The notes under the pieces are model-generated. The model was given only the letters and a program-made list of their open reading frames with translations, was not told the DNA's origin and ran no database searches. Below, piece after piece: positions 9,505 through 18,760 of a stretch of DNA of 64,000 nt (position 1 is the first letter of the stretch; each line of letters starts with the position of its first letter). Origin of the DNA: an uncultured delta proteobacterium (lineage in GTDB: Bacteria; Myxococcota_A; Polyangia; Polyangiales; B10-G4); the NCBI GenBank assembly GCA_963727445.1, contig CAVSGI010000012.1, positions 32,001 through 96,000 of the forward strand, given 5' to 3'. The translations under genes and the position numbers were made by a program.

Positions 9505-10907
9505 GATTCGAATCGTGGTTTGCCGCGGCGGGGCTGCTCATCCTCGCGACCAGCTGCGGCGGCGACGAAAAGCCGAGCCTCACCCGAGATCAGCTCCTCG
9601 ATCCCGAGACCTGCATGGACTGTCACCCGAACCACTACCGCGAGTGGCAGAGCAGCATGCACGCGTACGCCAGTGAGGATCCGGTCTTCATCGCGATGAA
9701 CGCGCGCGGGCAACGCGAAACCGGTGGTGATCTCGGTGACTTCTGCGTGAAGTGTCACGCGCCCATGGCGGTCCGCGAAGGGTTCACCACCGATGGCCTC
9801 AATCTCGCCGACGCGCCGGCGCCGCTCCGCGGCGTCACCTGCTTCTTCTGCCACAGCGTCGAGTCGGTGGAGGGCACGCACGACAACCCCCTCACCCTCG
9901 CGACGGACAACGTCTTGCGCGGTGGGATCGAAAATCCCGTGGACAACGGAGGCCACCTCGCGGCGTACTCCGCGCTCCACGACGGCGACACGCTCGAGTC
10001 GGCATCGCTCTGCGGCAGCTGCCACGACATCGTCAACTCAGCGGGCGTCCATCTCGAGCGCACCTACGCCGAGTGGCAGGAGAGCCTCTTCGCCACCGAC
10101 GACCCGGTCCGGCGGCAGACGTGCAACCAGTGCCACATGCACGGCCGCGACGCGCCGGCCGCCGACGATCCCGACGCCCGGGTTCCGGTTCGGCGCGTGC
10201 ACGAGCACCTCATGCCGGGCATCGACGTCGCGACCACCCCGCACCCGAATGTCGAGGCGCAGTCGCTCGCCATCCAGTGCGAGCTGCAGCCGACCATCCT
10301 CGCGACTCTCTGCGTGACGCCCCGCTACGAGTTCGAGCTCACCCTCGAGACGATCAACGTCGGCCATTCCTGGCCCAGCGGCGCCGCGCAGGACCGCCGC
10401 GCATGGGTCGAGTTCGTCGCCTACGAGGGGGAGACGGTGCTGTGGACCAGCGGACAGGTCGCCGACGACGAGGCGGTCGCCGAGAGCACCGACGTCAATC
10501 TCTGGCTCTTCCGCGACACCCTCTTGAACGGCGCCGGGGACGAGGTGCACATGTTCTGGGAAGCCGAGGACGTGGAGAGCAATCTGCTCCCCGTCGCTTC
10601 CTCTCCGACCTCTGCCCACACGGTGAACCGCACCTACTCCTTCGGCGGAGGCATTCCGGACCGCGCGACCGTGCAGGTGCATATCCGGCCCCTGGGCCGC
10701 GAGGTTCTCGATTCGCTCGTCGACAGCGGTGACCTCGACCCCGCGATCCGCGATGCGATGCCGACCTTCACGCTGGAGGGCGCCTCCCTCGAATGGACGA
10801 CGGACGACGGCTTCGATTGCGTCACGCGATCGACGGGCGAATTCCTCACCTGCCCCCGCGACTATCAGTGCTCGCTCGATCCGAGCGGCCCGGACTGCGG
10901 CGGCTGA
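9501..10907 (+). CDS. Multiheme (5 x CXXCH) c-type cytochrome lipoprotein, c554/c552-like
   Basis: CMDCH, CVKCH, CFFCH, CGSCH and CNQCH motifs; HY.EWQSSMHAYA; NVGHSWPSG; ATGA overlap with the upstream gene. Confidence 0.9.
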   Translation: MRFESWFAAAGLLILATSCGGDEKPSLTRDQLLDPETCMDCHPNHYREWQSSMHAYASEDPVFIAMNARGQRETGGDLGDFCVKCHAPMAVREGFTTDGLNLADAPAPLRGVTCFFCHSVESVEGTHDNPLTLATDNVLRGGIENPVDNGGHLAAYSALHDGDTLESASLCGSCHDIVNSAGVHLERTYAEWQESLFATDDPVRRQTCNQCHMHGRDAPAADDPDARVPVRRVHEHLMPGIDVATTPHPNVEAQSLAIQCELQPTILATLCVTPRYEFELTLETINVGHSWPSGAAQDRRAWVEFVAYEGETVLWTSGQVADDEAVAESTDVNLWLFRDTLLNGAGDEVHMFWEAEDVESNLLPVASSPTSAHTVNRTYSFGGGIPDRATVQVHIRPLGREVLDSLVDSGDLDPAIRDAMPTFTLEGASLEWTTDDGFDCVTRSTGEFLTCPRDYQCSLDPSGPDCGG

Positions 10908-11131
10908 CAGAGTGCTGCCGACCTCGCGCGCCGCGAGCGGCTGGGGCTCGGGCGCGCGAGTCCCAGAGTCATCGCCGCGTTGGCGTAGTTCTCGTGGCGC
11001 TGCTCGTCGGATGCAGCAGCTCCCACGGCCGCGGTGGCGGCAGCGGCGATGCCGACGCGGATAGCGTGAGCAAACGACTCGAGGCCGTGGGCGCGACTTC
11101 CCGAGGCCCGAAACCGGACATCTCTACTTGT

Positions 11132-11950
11132 TCAATCCCCAGCAGGCGCGAGGAAACGCGCCAGAATCGTTCGCTTTCCGTCCTCGAACTCCACGGTGAG
11201 CTTGGCGGTGTCGCCCGACCCCTCACGCGCCACCACGACACCCACCCCGAACTTCGCATGCCGGACGCGGAGCGGCGCGTCGGGATCGAGGCGTCCCTCG
11301 AGCGGGGCGGTCATGGCGGGAGTCTCGTCCTCCCAGCAGAGCGTGAAAGGCGGTCGGTCGGCGGGGCCCAGGAGCTCGACCTCGTCCGGTCGATCCCCCT
11401 CGAGCATCGTGTGGATCTGGGTCTGCAAGAATTCGGAGACGTCCGCGCGAACCACGCGGCGCGCCGGGTCCTTCGCCGTCTGCAAGTAGGTGATCAAATC
11501 GGCGCCTTCGCTCTTCGGGTCGAACCCGTAGACGAAGCTGGACATGTCGCCCCTCCGATACTCCTCGCCGCGGTCCGTGTACACGTTGGAACCTGGAAAG
11601 AGCGTCGACGCCCCGGCAAAGAAGATCACGTCGGCGGGAGCGCCGCCAGCGTGGGCGGCGGCATCGACCCCGCATATGTATTCGCCCAAGGCCGCGGCTT
11701 CCATGTTGGACAACAACCCGATATGGACCCGGCAGGCCCAGAGCCCCGCCACCCAATCGGGGATCGGCTGACCGAGCCGCTCGCTCGCCGAGGCAAACTG
11801 ACGGCGCGGAACAGGACGCGGCGGCACGGGAACCGCCACGATCTTGCGGGTGCTGCCCTTCGCGTACGCCGTCCGGGAGAATGGAAAGAGCCAGTAGAGC
11901 TTCTCCAACGTCGCGGCGGCTTCGGCGGGCAGTGTCAGTGAGTCGGCCAC
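11132..11950 (-). CDS. Hypothetical: SUKH/SMI1-like domain plus PcrA/UvrD C-terminal Tudor-like domain
   Basis: C-terminal VRHAKFGVGVVVAREGSGDTAKLTVEF..GKRTILARF is typical of the PcrA/UvrD CTD; PVPRRQFASASERLGQPIPDW...ADVSEFL resembles SUKH. Confidence 0.6.
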   Translation of the reverse strand: MADSLTLPAEAAATLEKLYWLFPFSRTAYAKGSTRKIVAVPVPPRPVPRRQFASASERLGQPIPDWVAGLWACRVHIGLLSNMEAAALGEYICGVDAAAHAGGAPADVIFFAGASTLFPGSNVYTDRGEEYRRGDMSSFVYGFDPKSEGADLITYLQTAKDPARRVVRADVSEFLQTQIHTMLEGDRPDEVELLGPADRPPFTLCWEDETPAMTAPLEGRLDPDAPLRVRHAKFGVGVVVAREGSGDTAKLTVEFEDGKRTILARFLAPAGD

Positions 11951-12262
11951 GGCAGCTCTCCTACGCCCGGCGCCGCGCAAGCCTTCCTGGCGCGTTTGGA
12001 ATCGAGTGAGCTTCATACCAGCACGCAACCGGCTCCGAGACCTTCGAGGACGCGACCAAGACGCCGAGCGCCTTCGTCCTCGGCATCACCGTGGGCCTGG
12101 CGATCGCGAGCCTCGTGATCCTGGCGGCGGTGCTCGTCTGGTGGATCTCGGGCTGAGCGGATCGGCGTGGCGTCCGCGCCGGCGGGAAAAAGAAGGGTCC
12201 GATGTCACACCTTCGCCCGAGCGAGCGTGACCCGGGTGAGCCCCACGACACAGGAGCCCACC

Positions 12263-12421
12263 ATGTCTCTACCGCCGAGCCTCACCACCCTCATGGAACG
12301 AATCGCCCGCTGGCACACGCTCCGCCGCCGAATGCTGCGCCGCCTTCGGGCGATCCCGCCCCGGGCGGTTGACAGCCGCGAGATCGGACTGACTGTGCCG
12401 GCCATCGGCTTCGAGAGATGA
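12263..12421 (+). CDS. Small basic 52-aa protein coupled to the downstream gene
   Basis: AGGAG RBS at 12252; stop overlaps the next start (ATGA). Confidence 0.45.
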   Translation: MSLPPSLTTLMERIARWHTLRRRMLRRLRAIPPRAVDSREIGLTVPAIGFER

Positions 12422-12951
12422 GCTCGAGACTGTCCAACTTCGCGATCGTCGGCGCGATCGCTGCGTCGGCGTTGGTCGGAGCGGCGCCGGCGAGCGCCGA
12501 CGTGACGCACGGCGACCTGCTCGTTGCCGCGGCCGAGCGCGCGCGGAAGAGCGCAGGCCACGAATGCATGGGGGACGAGGCCGATGCGATCTCCGAGCTC
12601 GCCGTGCGCTGGCTCTCCTCGCGCGACGACGAGCGCATCTGGGATCGCCCGGCGCACGCCGGCACCGTCAGCAGGGCCTTGCGGAACGAGCGCCGCACCT
12701 CGTATCGGCGTGAGCAGCGTCAGATTCGCAACCGCGACGCCCTCCCCTTCCCGACGGTGGCGGAGCCTGCACAAGACGCGCGCGTCGCGCTAGGCGACAT
12801 CGCCGAGCGCTCGAGCCACGCCGATGCCGAGCTCCTCGCCCGCGCGGCGAAGGGCGAAACCGCGACCGAGCTCGCCGACCGCATGGGCTCGTCCCCGGTC
12901 GCGATTCGCCAGCGCCTCTCACGCCTGAGGAGGTCGCTCCGCGAAGGCTAG
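12418..12951 (+). CDS. Divergent ECF sigma-70-like protein with signal-peptide-like N-terminus
   Basis: Sigma2-like DEADAISELAVRW...ALRNERRTSYRR; sigma4-like GETATELADRMGSSPVAIRQRLSRLRRSL. Confidence 0.65.
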   Translation: MSSRLSNFAIVGAIAASALVGAAPASADVTHGDLLVAAAERARKSAGHECMGDEADAISELAVRWLSSRDDERIWDRPAHAGTVSRALRNERRTSYRREQRQIRNRDALPFPTVAEPAQDARVALGDIAERSSHADAELLARAAKGETATELADRMGSSPVAIRQRLSRLRRSLREG

Positions 12952-13019
12952 TGGCAGAGGGCCGGTTCTCGCTCTGTCGACCGTGAGGGTTTGATATCGT
13001 TGGGACACGGGGAGGGACG

Positions 13020-13703
13020 ATGGAACGCAATTTGGTGACGATACTCGGCACTGGGCTCGTGTGGGCTGCTCTTTCCAATGTCGGCCATGCACAGTCATGC
13101 CCGGCGGGGACCGTGTGGGATCCGCAGTACCACTCCTGTACGCAGACCACCCAACAGCAACCGGTGCAGCAGCAACCGGCACAACCGCAGCCATACCAGC
13201 AACAGCAACCGGCGCAGCAGCAGCCATACCAGCAACAGCAGGCGGTGCAGCCGCAGCCTTATCAGCAGCAGCAGCCGTACCAGCAGCAGGGTGTCATGCC
13301 CGTCGGATCACAGCAGACGAGAACACGACGCAGGATCGGTCTTCTGATCGGCGGTGTCATCATGTTCGCCGTGTTCTACGGCCTGACGGTCAGCCTCGAG
13401 GCGGCCCTCGACTCCGACAACAACGACACCTATCTCTACATCCCGCTCGTCGGCCCGTGGGTCGAGCTCGGCGCCGGCGGGGACGCGGGAGACTGGCTGC
13501 CGCTGATCATCCCGAGCGGCGTGATCCAGCTCGCCGGAGTGGTGTTGATGATCCTGGGCATCACGCTGAAGAAACAAGTCATCGTGTACGGCAACAACGG
13601 GCCCGCCGGCGTCCGCCTCGCCGATGGCTGGACGCTTTCCCCCACCGTCGCCCCCTCTCAGAACGGCGGCGTCATCGGCGCGCTGCTCAGCTCGGAGTTC
13701 TGA
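13020..13703 (+). CDS. Exported Gln-rich membrane protein
   Basis: GGAGG RBS; signal peptide ending GHA-Q; QQP/QPY repeats; LYIPLVGPW-containing TM region. Confidence 0.8.
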   Translation: MERNLVTILGTGLVWAALSNVGHAQSCPAGTVWDPQYHSCTQTTQQQPVQQQPAQPQPYQQQQPAQQQPYQQQQAVQPQPYQQQQPYQQQGVMPVGSQQTRTRRRIGLLIGGVIMFAVFYGLTVSLEAALDSDNNDTYLYIPLVGPWVELGAGGDAGDWLPLIIPSGVIQLAGVVLMILGITLKKQVIVYGNNGPAGVRLADGWTLSPTVAPSQNGGVIGALLSSEF

Positions 13704-14040
13704 GACCTTCCGATCTCCGCCTCCGGCGAATCGCGATGAGCACCAGGAGCGCCGGGAGGAGTTTGCCACCGGTCCCCCTCCGGGCCACCTCACACTCGCA
13801 GCCGCCGCCACCCCTGAAGCTGGTCGTGGGGCTGCCGCCACCACCGGCGCTACCGTCGTCGCCCCAGTCTGAGCAAGTTCGGCAAGTTCGGTCCGTCACC
13901 TCAGCGGCCGAGCGGACGGAGCGCCTCGAGGAGGCGCTCGCCAGTCTGCGTTCGGCCTGATTCCGGGCCGATGCGCGCTGCGGATCTCGAGGAGCACGGT
14001 GCCCTGGTCGCGGATCGCGTTGGATGTTATGGCCGGCTCC

Positions 14041-14538
14041 ATGAATACGACGAAGTACGTGCTGTCCACGCTCTCCTTTGCCGCCATGCTCGGCGCATGC
14101 AGCGATGACGGGGGCTCCGATGATGGAGGCGGATCCGATGCGGTCGCGGATGCCACCGGGTGCTCCTCGTGCATCAGTGGCGGCTGTGATTGTTCGGCAG
14201 CGGGCCGCTGCTGTCGCCAATGCTCGGACATCGGCTGCGTGATGCGGTGTACCGAAGCCGCCGAATGCGAATACCTCTGCGAAGCCGCGGGGTGCGCCAT
14301 CTTCTGCTCCAGCTCGGAACGATGTGTCGTCGATGTTCAGGACGGCAGCTCGGTCGCCTGTGATGGCCCTGGCGGCTGCGACGTGACCTGCCACGGCAAC
14401 TGCGCCGTACGCTGCATCGACGACGTTCCATGCATCATCCGATGCGATCCCGCAGCAACGACGTGTGACGTGGATCCCTGCGCTGCTCCCTCGACCTGCG
14501 CCGATGGAACGCGCGTCTGCAACACGTCGTGCCCGTGA
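14041..14538 (+). CDS. Cys-rich lipoprotein
   Basis: LGACS lipobox; repeated C-x3-C units. Confidence 0.75.
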   Translation: MNTTKYVLSTLSFAAMLGACSDDGGSDDGGGSDAVADATGCSSCISGGCDCSAAGRCCRQCSDIGCVMRCTEAAECEYLCEAAGCAIFCSSSERCVVDVQDGSSVACDGPGGCDVTCHGNCAVRCIDDVPCIIRCDPAATTCDVDPCAAPSTCADGTRVCNTSCP

Positions 14539-14704
14539 CGCGTCACCCATAGCTGACGGCCGATCGACCGCTGATTCGGTCCCGAGCGAGCGGGACCTTC
14601 GGGGAGGCTCGCGAGCACGGACCAGCAGATCGTCGAAACGAACCACGCGTTCGAGGTCGTTCCGATCGACCCCGCGTCGGCGTCTTGCGCCGCGCGGAAC
14701 TGAG

Positions 14705-15037
14705 TCATCGATCCAGTTCGCCAGCCGTGGCCGGAAGGGGCGCTTCGAGCCACGTGCCGATGGCGGCCGCGCACTCCTGGCGGATCGTCGCCACGTCGAC
14801 GCTCCACGAGCGCGAGCAGCGAAAGCCTGACGGGCCGCTCCGCGTCGACGCCCTCGGACGCCTCGAGGTCCAACTGCCGGTGGTCTTTCGCCCACTCGTG
14901 CTCCCTCGTGACGAGCCCGTCGGTGAAGAGCGCGAACGCGTCCTCGAGCGTGCGCCCCTCGACGGCACCGCGCGCCCCTCGACGGCACCGCGCGCCGCTC
15001 GGACCTCCTCGGCAAGCTCGTCCGCAATCTCGACCAC
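14705..15037 (-). pseudogene. Degenerate hypothetical gene with an internal 20-bp tandem duplication
   Basis: Coding-like pieces in different frames; GCGCCCCTCGACGGCACCGC occurs twice at 14952-14991. Confidence 0.35.
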
Positions 15038-15454
15038 GTGGACCTCCGCACTCGGTGGTCAGAAGGCTCACAGGGGGGCACATGACGCACGAACGGCGCT
15101 CGGAAGCTCCCTTTGAGCTCGCGACCGGCTGGTACCGGAGGCCCGGCCGGGCTCCCGATTCCCCATCGCTCGAACTATTGCGGAGCGCGACGCGCGTGAT
15201 GGGCGTGAACGAGGCGGCGGTGAGCGGACTGGAGGAGTCGGAGCTGGTGTGCCAGGCGAGCTATCCAGATTGTGGCTGCCCGGTGGGGCCCAGCGTCGCT
15301 GATGACGGCACCTCCAGCGACGCAGGCACCCCCGCCTCGGTGAGCTGCTCTGGCGGTGTCTGCACGACGACTTTCGCAACGGAATGAAGCCGATCGAGCG
15401 CGGAACGTGTACCCGATCTCTGCGTACAGAACGGCGTCACCTCCGGCACGGGGA

Positions 15455-15505
15455 GTGGATAGATGGGATGTAAGCGGCTGGCCGCCACTGACGTGGTAGC
15501 CGTAG
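15455..15505 (+). mobile_element. Truncated left end of the IS110/IS1111 element (opposite orientation to 203-1615)
   Basis: GTGGATAG plus ATGGGATGTAAGCGGCTGGCCGCCACTGACGTGGTAGCCGTAG is identical to the reverse complement of 1571-1621. Confidence 0.9.
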
Positions 15506-15630
15506 TTGATAGATGGCGTGAACGGCCTTCCGCCATCCTCCCGCGAGCCAGGGGCTACATCATCGCTCCTACCGCGAAACTCGGACGTCCGGTGAAGGGG
15601 GTTGGCTTCCGTGGAGGCTGGAAACCTGAG
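15506..15630 (+). repeat. Dispersed repeat modules A+B (copy 2)
   Basis: TTGATAG..TGAACGGCCTTCCGCCA...CTCCTAC..GAAACTCGGACGTCCGGTGAAGGGGGTTGGCTTCCGTGGAGGCTGGAAACC; colinear with 22693-22817. Confidence 0.8.
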
Positions 15631-15657
15631 CCTCCGGTGCGCGTCCGTCAGCTGGGC

Positions 15658-16686
15658 CTACTCTTCCGCCACGGGCAGGCGAAGCTCGGAGACCTCGCCA
15701 GCGTCGTGGTCCTCGCAGATGACCACGACGCCTTCGGACCAGGCGCACGTCGTCCCGTTGTTGAGGTCCACGGCGATGCCCCTGGCGGGGGCCAGAGCGG
15801 AGATCTCGCGTAGCTCCAGCGACTCGTCGAGGCACCGAACTCCTCCCGCCTCTTCCAGTCCACAGGCACGAACCTCACCTCCCACGAAGACACTCCCCTC
15901 GCCGAAACCATCAACGACACGTGGCTCGATTGGGTCGTACGCGATGTCCCCCTGCCAACAAACGAGCTCGCTACCCGCACGAGTCACGCAGCCGAAGCTC
16001 AGCCCGAGCGCCACGAGATCGACTACATCCGTGAAGTAGCGCGTGACGGCCGAATCTTCTCGACCGTCCCAGATCCCACCGCAATGAACTTCCAGGTCGC
16101 GGGTGTGCGCGCAGTAAGTCTCCTCACTCACGAAATGCGACCTGGTGCCGGTGAGCCTGACGTCGATGACGTCGAGGTCGCGAAAAGCCTCCGGCTGTTC
16201 CGGCGTGGTGACCTCGAGAGTGTCCCAGCAGCGCAGCGTGCCATCGCGTTGCCACGCGCAGATCCCGGCTCCTACCGCCCTCATTCCCACCACGTCTCCA
16301 AGACCTGGAATCGGTTCTGGGGAGAAGACCGTTCGCCCCAGGCTCCCGAGATTGCCCAGACACTGCACCTCACCGTGCGCGTCCAACGCGCACGTGCGGG
16401 TCCCGGTTGCGACCATTTCCACCACACCTTCGAGCCCGGACACCGGCACGGGCTCGGGCCTACGGGTCAGTGTCCCGTCTCCGAGCTGCCCGCTCGTGTT
16501 GTCGCCCCAGCAGTACGCACGGCCATCTTCGGTCCACGCGCAGCGGTGCCGCGGCCCGATCGTCACTCCGGCGATTTGGGTCGACTCGGAGGACGCGTCG
16601 GACCTCGGATGACTCTCGCTGCACGCGCACGAGAACGCGAGTGCGAAGATGACGACGACTCGGCCCGAAGCAACCACGAAAACCAT
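15658..16686 (-). CDS. RCC1-repeat lipoprotein
   Basis: CACS lipobox; HRCAWTEDGRAYCWGDNTSGQLGDGT..RPEPVPVSGL RCC1 repeats. Confidence 0.8.
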   Translation of the reverse strand: MVFVVASGRVVVIFALAFSCACSESHPRSDASSESTQIAGVTIGPRHRCAWTEDGRAYCWGDNTSGQLGDGTLTRRPEPVPVSGLEGVVEMVATGTRTCALDAHGEVQCLGNLGSLGRTVFSPEPIPGLGDVVGMRAVGAGICAWQRDGTLRCWDTLEVTTPEQPEAFRDLDVIDVRLTGTRSHFVSEETYCAHTRDLEVHCGGIWDGREDSAVTRYFTDVVDLVALGLSFGCVTRAGSELVCWQGDIAYDPIEPRVVDGFGEGSVFVGGEVRACGLEEAGGVRCLDESLELREISALAPARGIAVDLNNGTTCAWSEGVVVICEDHDAGEVSELRLPVAEE

Positions 16687-16704
16687 GCTACCACTGGCGA
16701 AACC

Positions 16705-18393
16705 ATGCGCTCGTTCACCTCTCTCCTCTGCCTGTTGCTCATCGCTGCCTGTGGAGATGACAGCTCGCCAGCGGATACGTCCGCCGATGACGGCGGCGTC
16801 GATGCACCTGACGACGGCGCCGCGGACGGCAGCCCCGACGCCTACGTCGGCTGCGCTCCGGACGCCGCAGCGGATGCAGGGCCGCCGCCCGAGATCGAGG
16901 TGACCTACGCGGACGGCACGATCGTCGGTCGGACAATCGAGCGGCGGGTGCACACCTTCCTCGGGCTCCCCTACGCCGCCCCGCCGGTCGGCGACCTGCG
17001 GTGGCAGTCGCCGCAGCCCGTGACGCCGTGGACGAGCCCGCGGGACGCGAGCGAGCTGAGCGCCGAGTGCTCGCAGTCCAACCCGCTCACGGGCTCCGTC
17101 CTGGAAGGAGAGGAGGACTGCCTCTACCTGAACGTCTTCACGCCGGACGTCGCGCCGGCTGAACCCATGCCGGTGATGGTCTGGTTCCACGGCGGCGCGT
17201 TCATCTTCGGCCAGGGTGGGAAGCGCGCGGGTAGGCTCGCCGCCGTGGCCGACCTCGTCGTGGTCAGCGTCAACTACCGCCTCAACAACCTCGGGTTCCT
17301 GGCACATCCGGCGCTGACCGCGGAAGGCGGCGGAACGAGCGGCAACTACGGCCTCCTCGACCAGCGCGCGGCACTCGAGTGGGTGCGCGACAACATCGAC
17401 GCTTTCGGTTGCGATCCGGAGAGCGTGACCATCGAGGGCGAGAGCGCGGGCGCCGTCTCCATCACGTTCCACGCCGTCTCGCCGGGGAGCGCGGGGCTCT
17501 TCCAGCGGGCGATCGTCGAGAGCGGCCCGCCGGAGGTGTTCTCCTTCCCGACGCTCGCCGAGGCCGAGGCGAAGGGGGACGCCGTCGCCACGCGCCTCGG
17601 CTGCACCGACGACTCCACGGTCCTCGCGTGCATGCGCGCCGCCAGCATCGAGGATCTCGTCGCTCCGGCAGACATCTTCAGTGACCCTGGGGGGCTCTTC
17701 TACCAAACGGAGCTGGGCTTCCCCGTACCCAATATCGATGGGGTCGTGTTGCCCGACGACCCGATGAGCCTCTATCGAGCAGGTTCCTTCGAGGCGGTCC
17801 CGTTCCTCGTCGGGAGCAACGGCGACGAGGGGACACTCTTCCACACGGACCTCTTGTCGACGCCCGTCGCGGACGAAGCCGAGTATCGAGCGGCGTTGGG
17901 CCGCTACTGGCCGGACGCCGTCGACGCTATCGTCGCAGAGTACCCCGTCGCCTCGTTCGCGAACGCGAACGCGGCCCTCACGGCCGTCACCGGCGCCCTC
18001 TTCAACTGCGCGACCCGTCGCTTCGCGCGTGCCGTCAGCGACGCGGGCGCGCCGACCTGGCTCTACGCCTTCGAGGCGGTGCCCGAAGGCGGCGTCGTCG
18101 GCATCTACGACCTCGGCGCCTTCCACTCGGCAGAGCTCCCCTACGTCTTCGACTACGACGGACGCACTCTGGGAAAGCCGTCCTGCGACCAGCGCGACCT
18201 CGTCGAAGCGATGCAGGGCTACTGGTCGAGCTTCATCTCGCGCGGCGATCCGAATGGCGGCGCGCTCCCCACCTGGCCGGCCTATGATACGGCGGGCGAC
18301 CAGCACATGCTCCTCGCGTCGCCGCCGATGGCGGGTAGCGGCTATCTCGAGGCCGAGTGCGACTTCTGGGACACGGTGCTCGACGGCGCCTGA
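16705..18393 (+). CDS. Type-B carboxylesterase/lipase lipoprotein
   Basis: FLGLPYAAPPVGDLRW; EDCLYLNVFTP; WFHGGAF; GNYGLLDQ; GESAG nucleophile; AFHSAEL. Confidence 0.95.
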   Translation: MRSFTSLLCLLLIAACGDDSSPADTSADDGGVDAPDDGAADGSPDAYVGCAPDAAADAGPPPEIEVTYADGTIVGRTIERRVHTFLGLPYAAPPVGDLRWQSPQPVTPWTSPRDASELSAECSQSNPLTGSVLEGEEDCLYLNVFTPDVAPAEPMPVMVWFHGGAFIFGQGGKRAGRLAAVADLVVVSVNYRLNNLGFLAHPALTAEGGGTSGNYGLLDQRAALEWVRDNIDAFGCDPESVTIEGESAGAVSITFHAVSPGSAGLFQRAIVESGPPEVFSFPTLAEAEAKGDAVATRLGCTDDSTVLACMRAASIEDLVAPADIFSDPGGLFYQTELGFPVPNIDGVVLPDDPMSLYRAGSFEAVPFLVGSNGDEGTLFHTDLLSTPVADEAEYRAALGRYWPDAVDAIVAEYPVASFANANAALTAVTGALFNCATRRFARAVSDAGAPTWLYAFEAVPEGGVVGIYDLGAFHSAELPYVFDYDGRTLGKPSCDQRDLVEAMQGYWSSFISRGDPNGGALPTWPAYDTAGDQHMLLASPPMAGSGYLEAECDFWDTVLDGA

Positions 18394-18405
18394 TGCGCGC
18401 TGCGT

Positions 18406-18602
18406 TCAGACGCAACTACCGACCATGGTCGAGCTGGCGCCGACGCAGGTCTGCCCACTGCGGCAGTCGGCGGTGGTGAGACAGCCGGGGAAACACACCC
18501 TCGTGCCGCTGGTGTCGATACCGGCCGTGCTTGGATCCCAACAGCCGTCGCCCGACCGGCACTGGCTCGCATCGGTGGAGGTCTTGACGCAGAAGGTGGT
18601 GT
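18406..18602 (-). pseudogene. Orphan C-terminal tail of a Cys-rich protein
   Basis: DTTFCVKT...CFPGCLTTADCRSGQTC...GSCV* with no start; cut off at the repeat beginning 18603. Confidence 0.6.
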
Positions 18603-18760
18603 CAGCCCGATGTACCCGAAAATCCGCCCAGGGAGAACAGCCCGACGTACCCGAAAATCCGCCCAGCCGGCGCGCCCAGCCCAGGGAGAACAGCCCGACG
18701 TACCCGAAAATCCGCCCAGCCGGCGCGCTCGGCGGCCGCCGCTGTCGCGCCTCTGAAAGC
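18603..18760 (+). repeat. Three copies of a 29-bp core; duplicate of the RAYT upstream end
   Basis: CAGCCCGA(C/T)GTACCCGAAAATCCGCCCAG at 18603, 18638 and 18691, followed by GGCGGCCGCCGCTGTCGCG..CTGAAAGC as at 19700-19797. Confidence 0.9.

Noticed and set aside
15575..15600. GAAACTCGGACGTCCGGTGAAGGGG resembles the 3' half of group II intron domain V
   Set aside because: The complementary 5' arm with the AGC/CGC triad is absent, the third copy (4240-4297) does not keep the motif, and there is no reverse transcriptase nearby.
15658..18306. 882-aa minus-strand ORF and other long antisense ORFs (e.g. 53022-55598, 24586-26427, 19661-21175, 28398-29840)
   Set aside because: Shadow frames of real high-GC genes; only 15658-16686 of the first is supported (RCC1 repeats).
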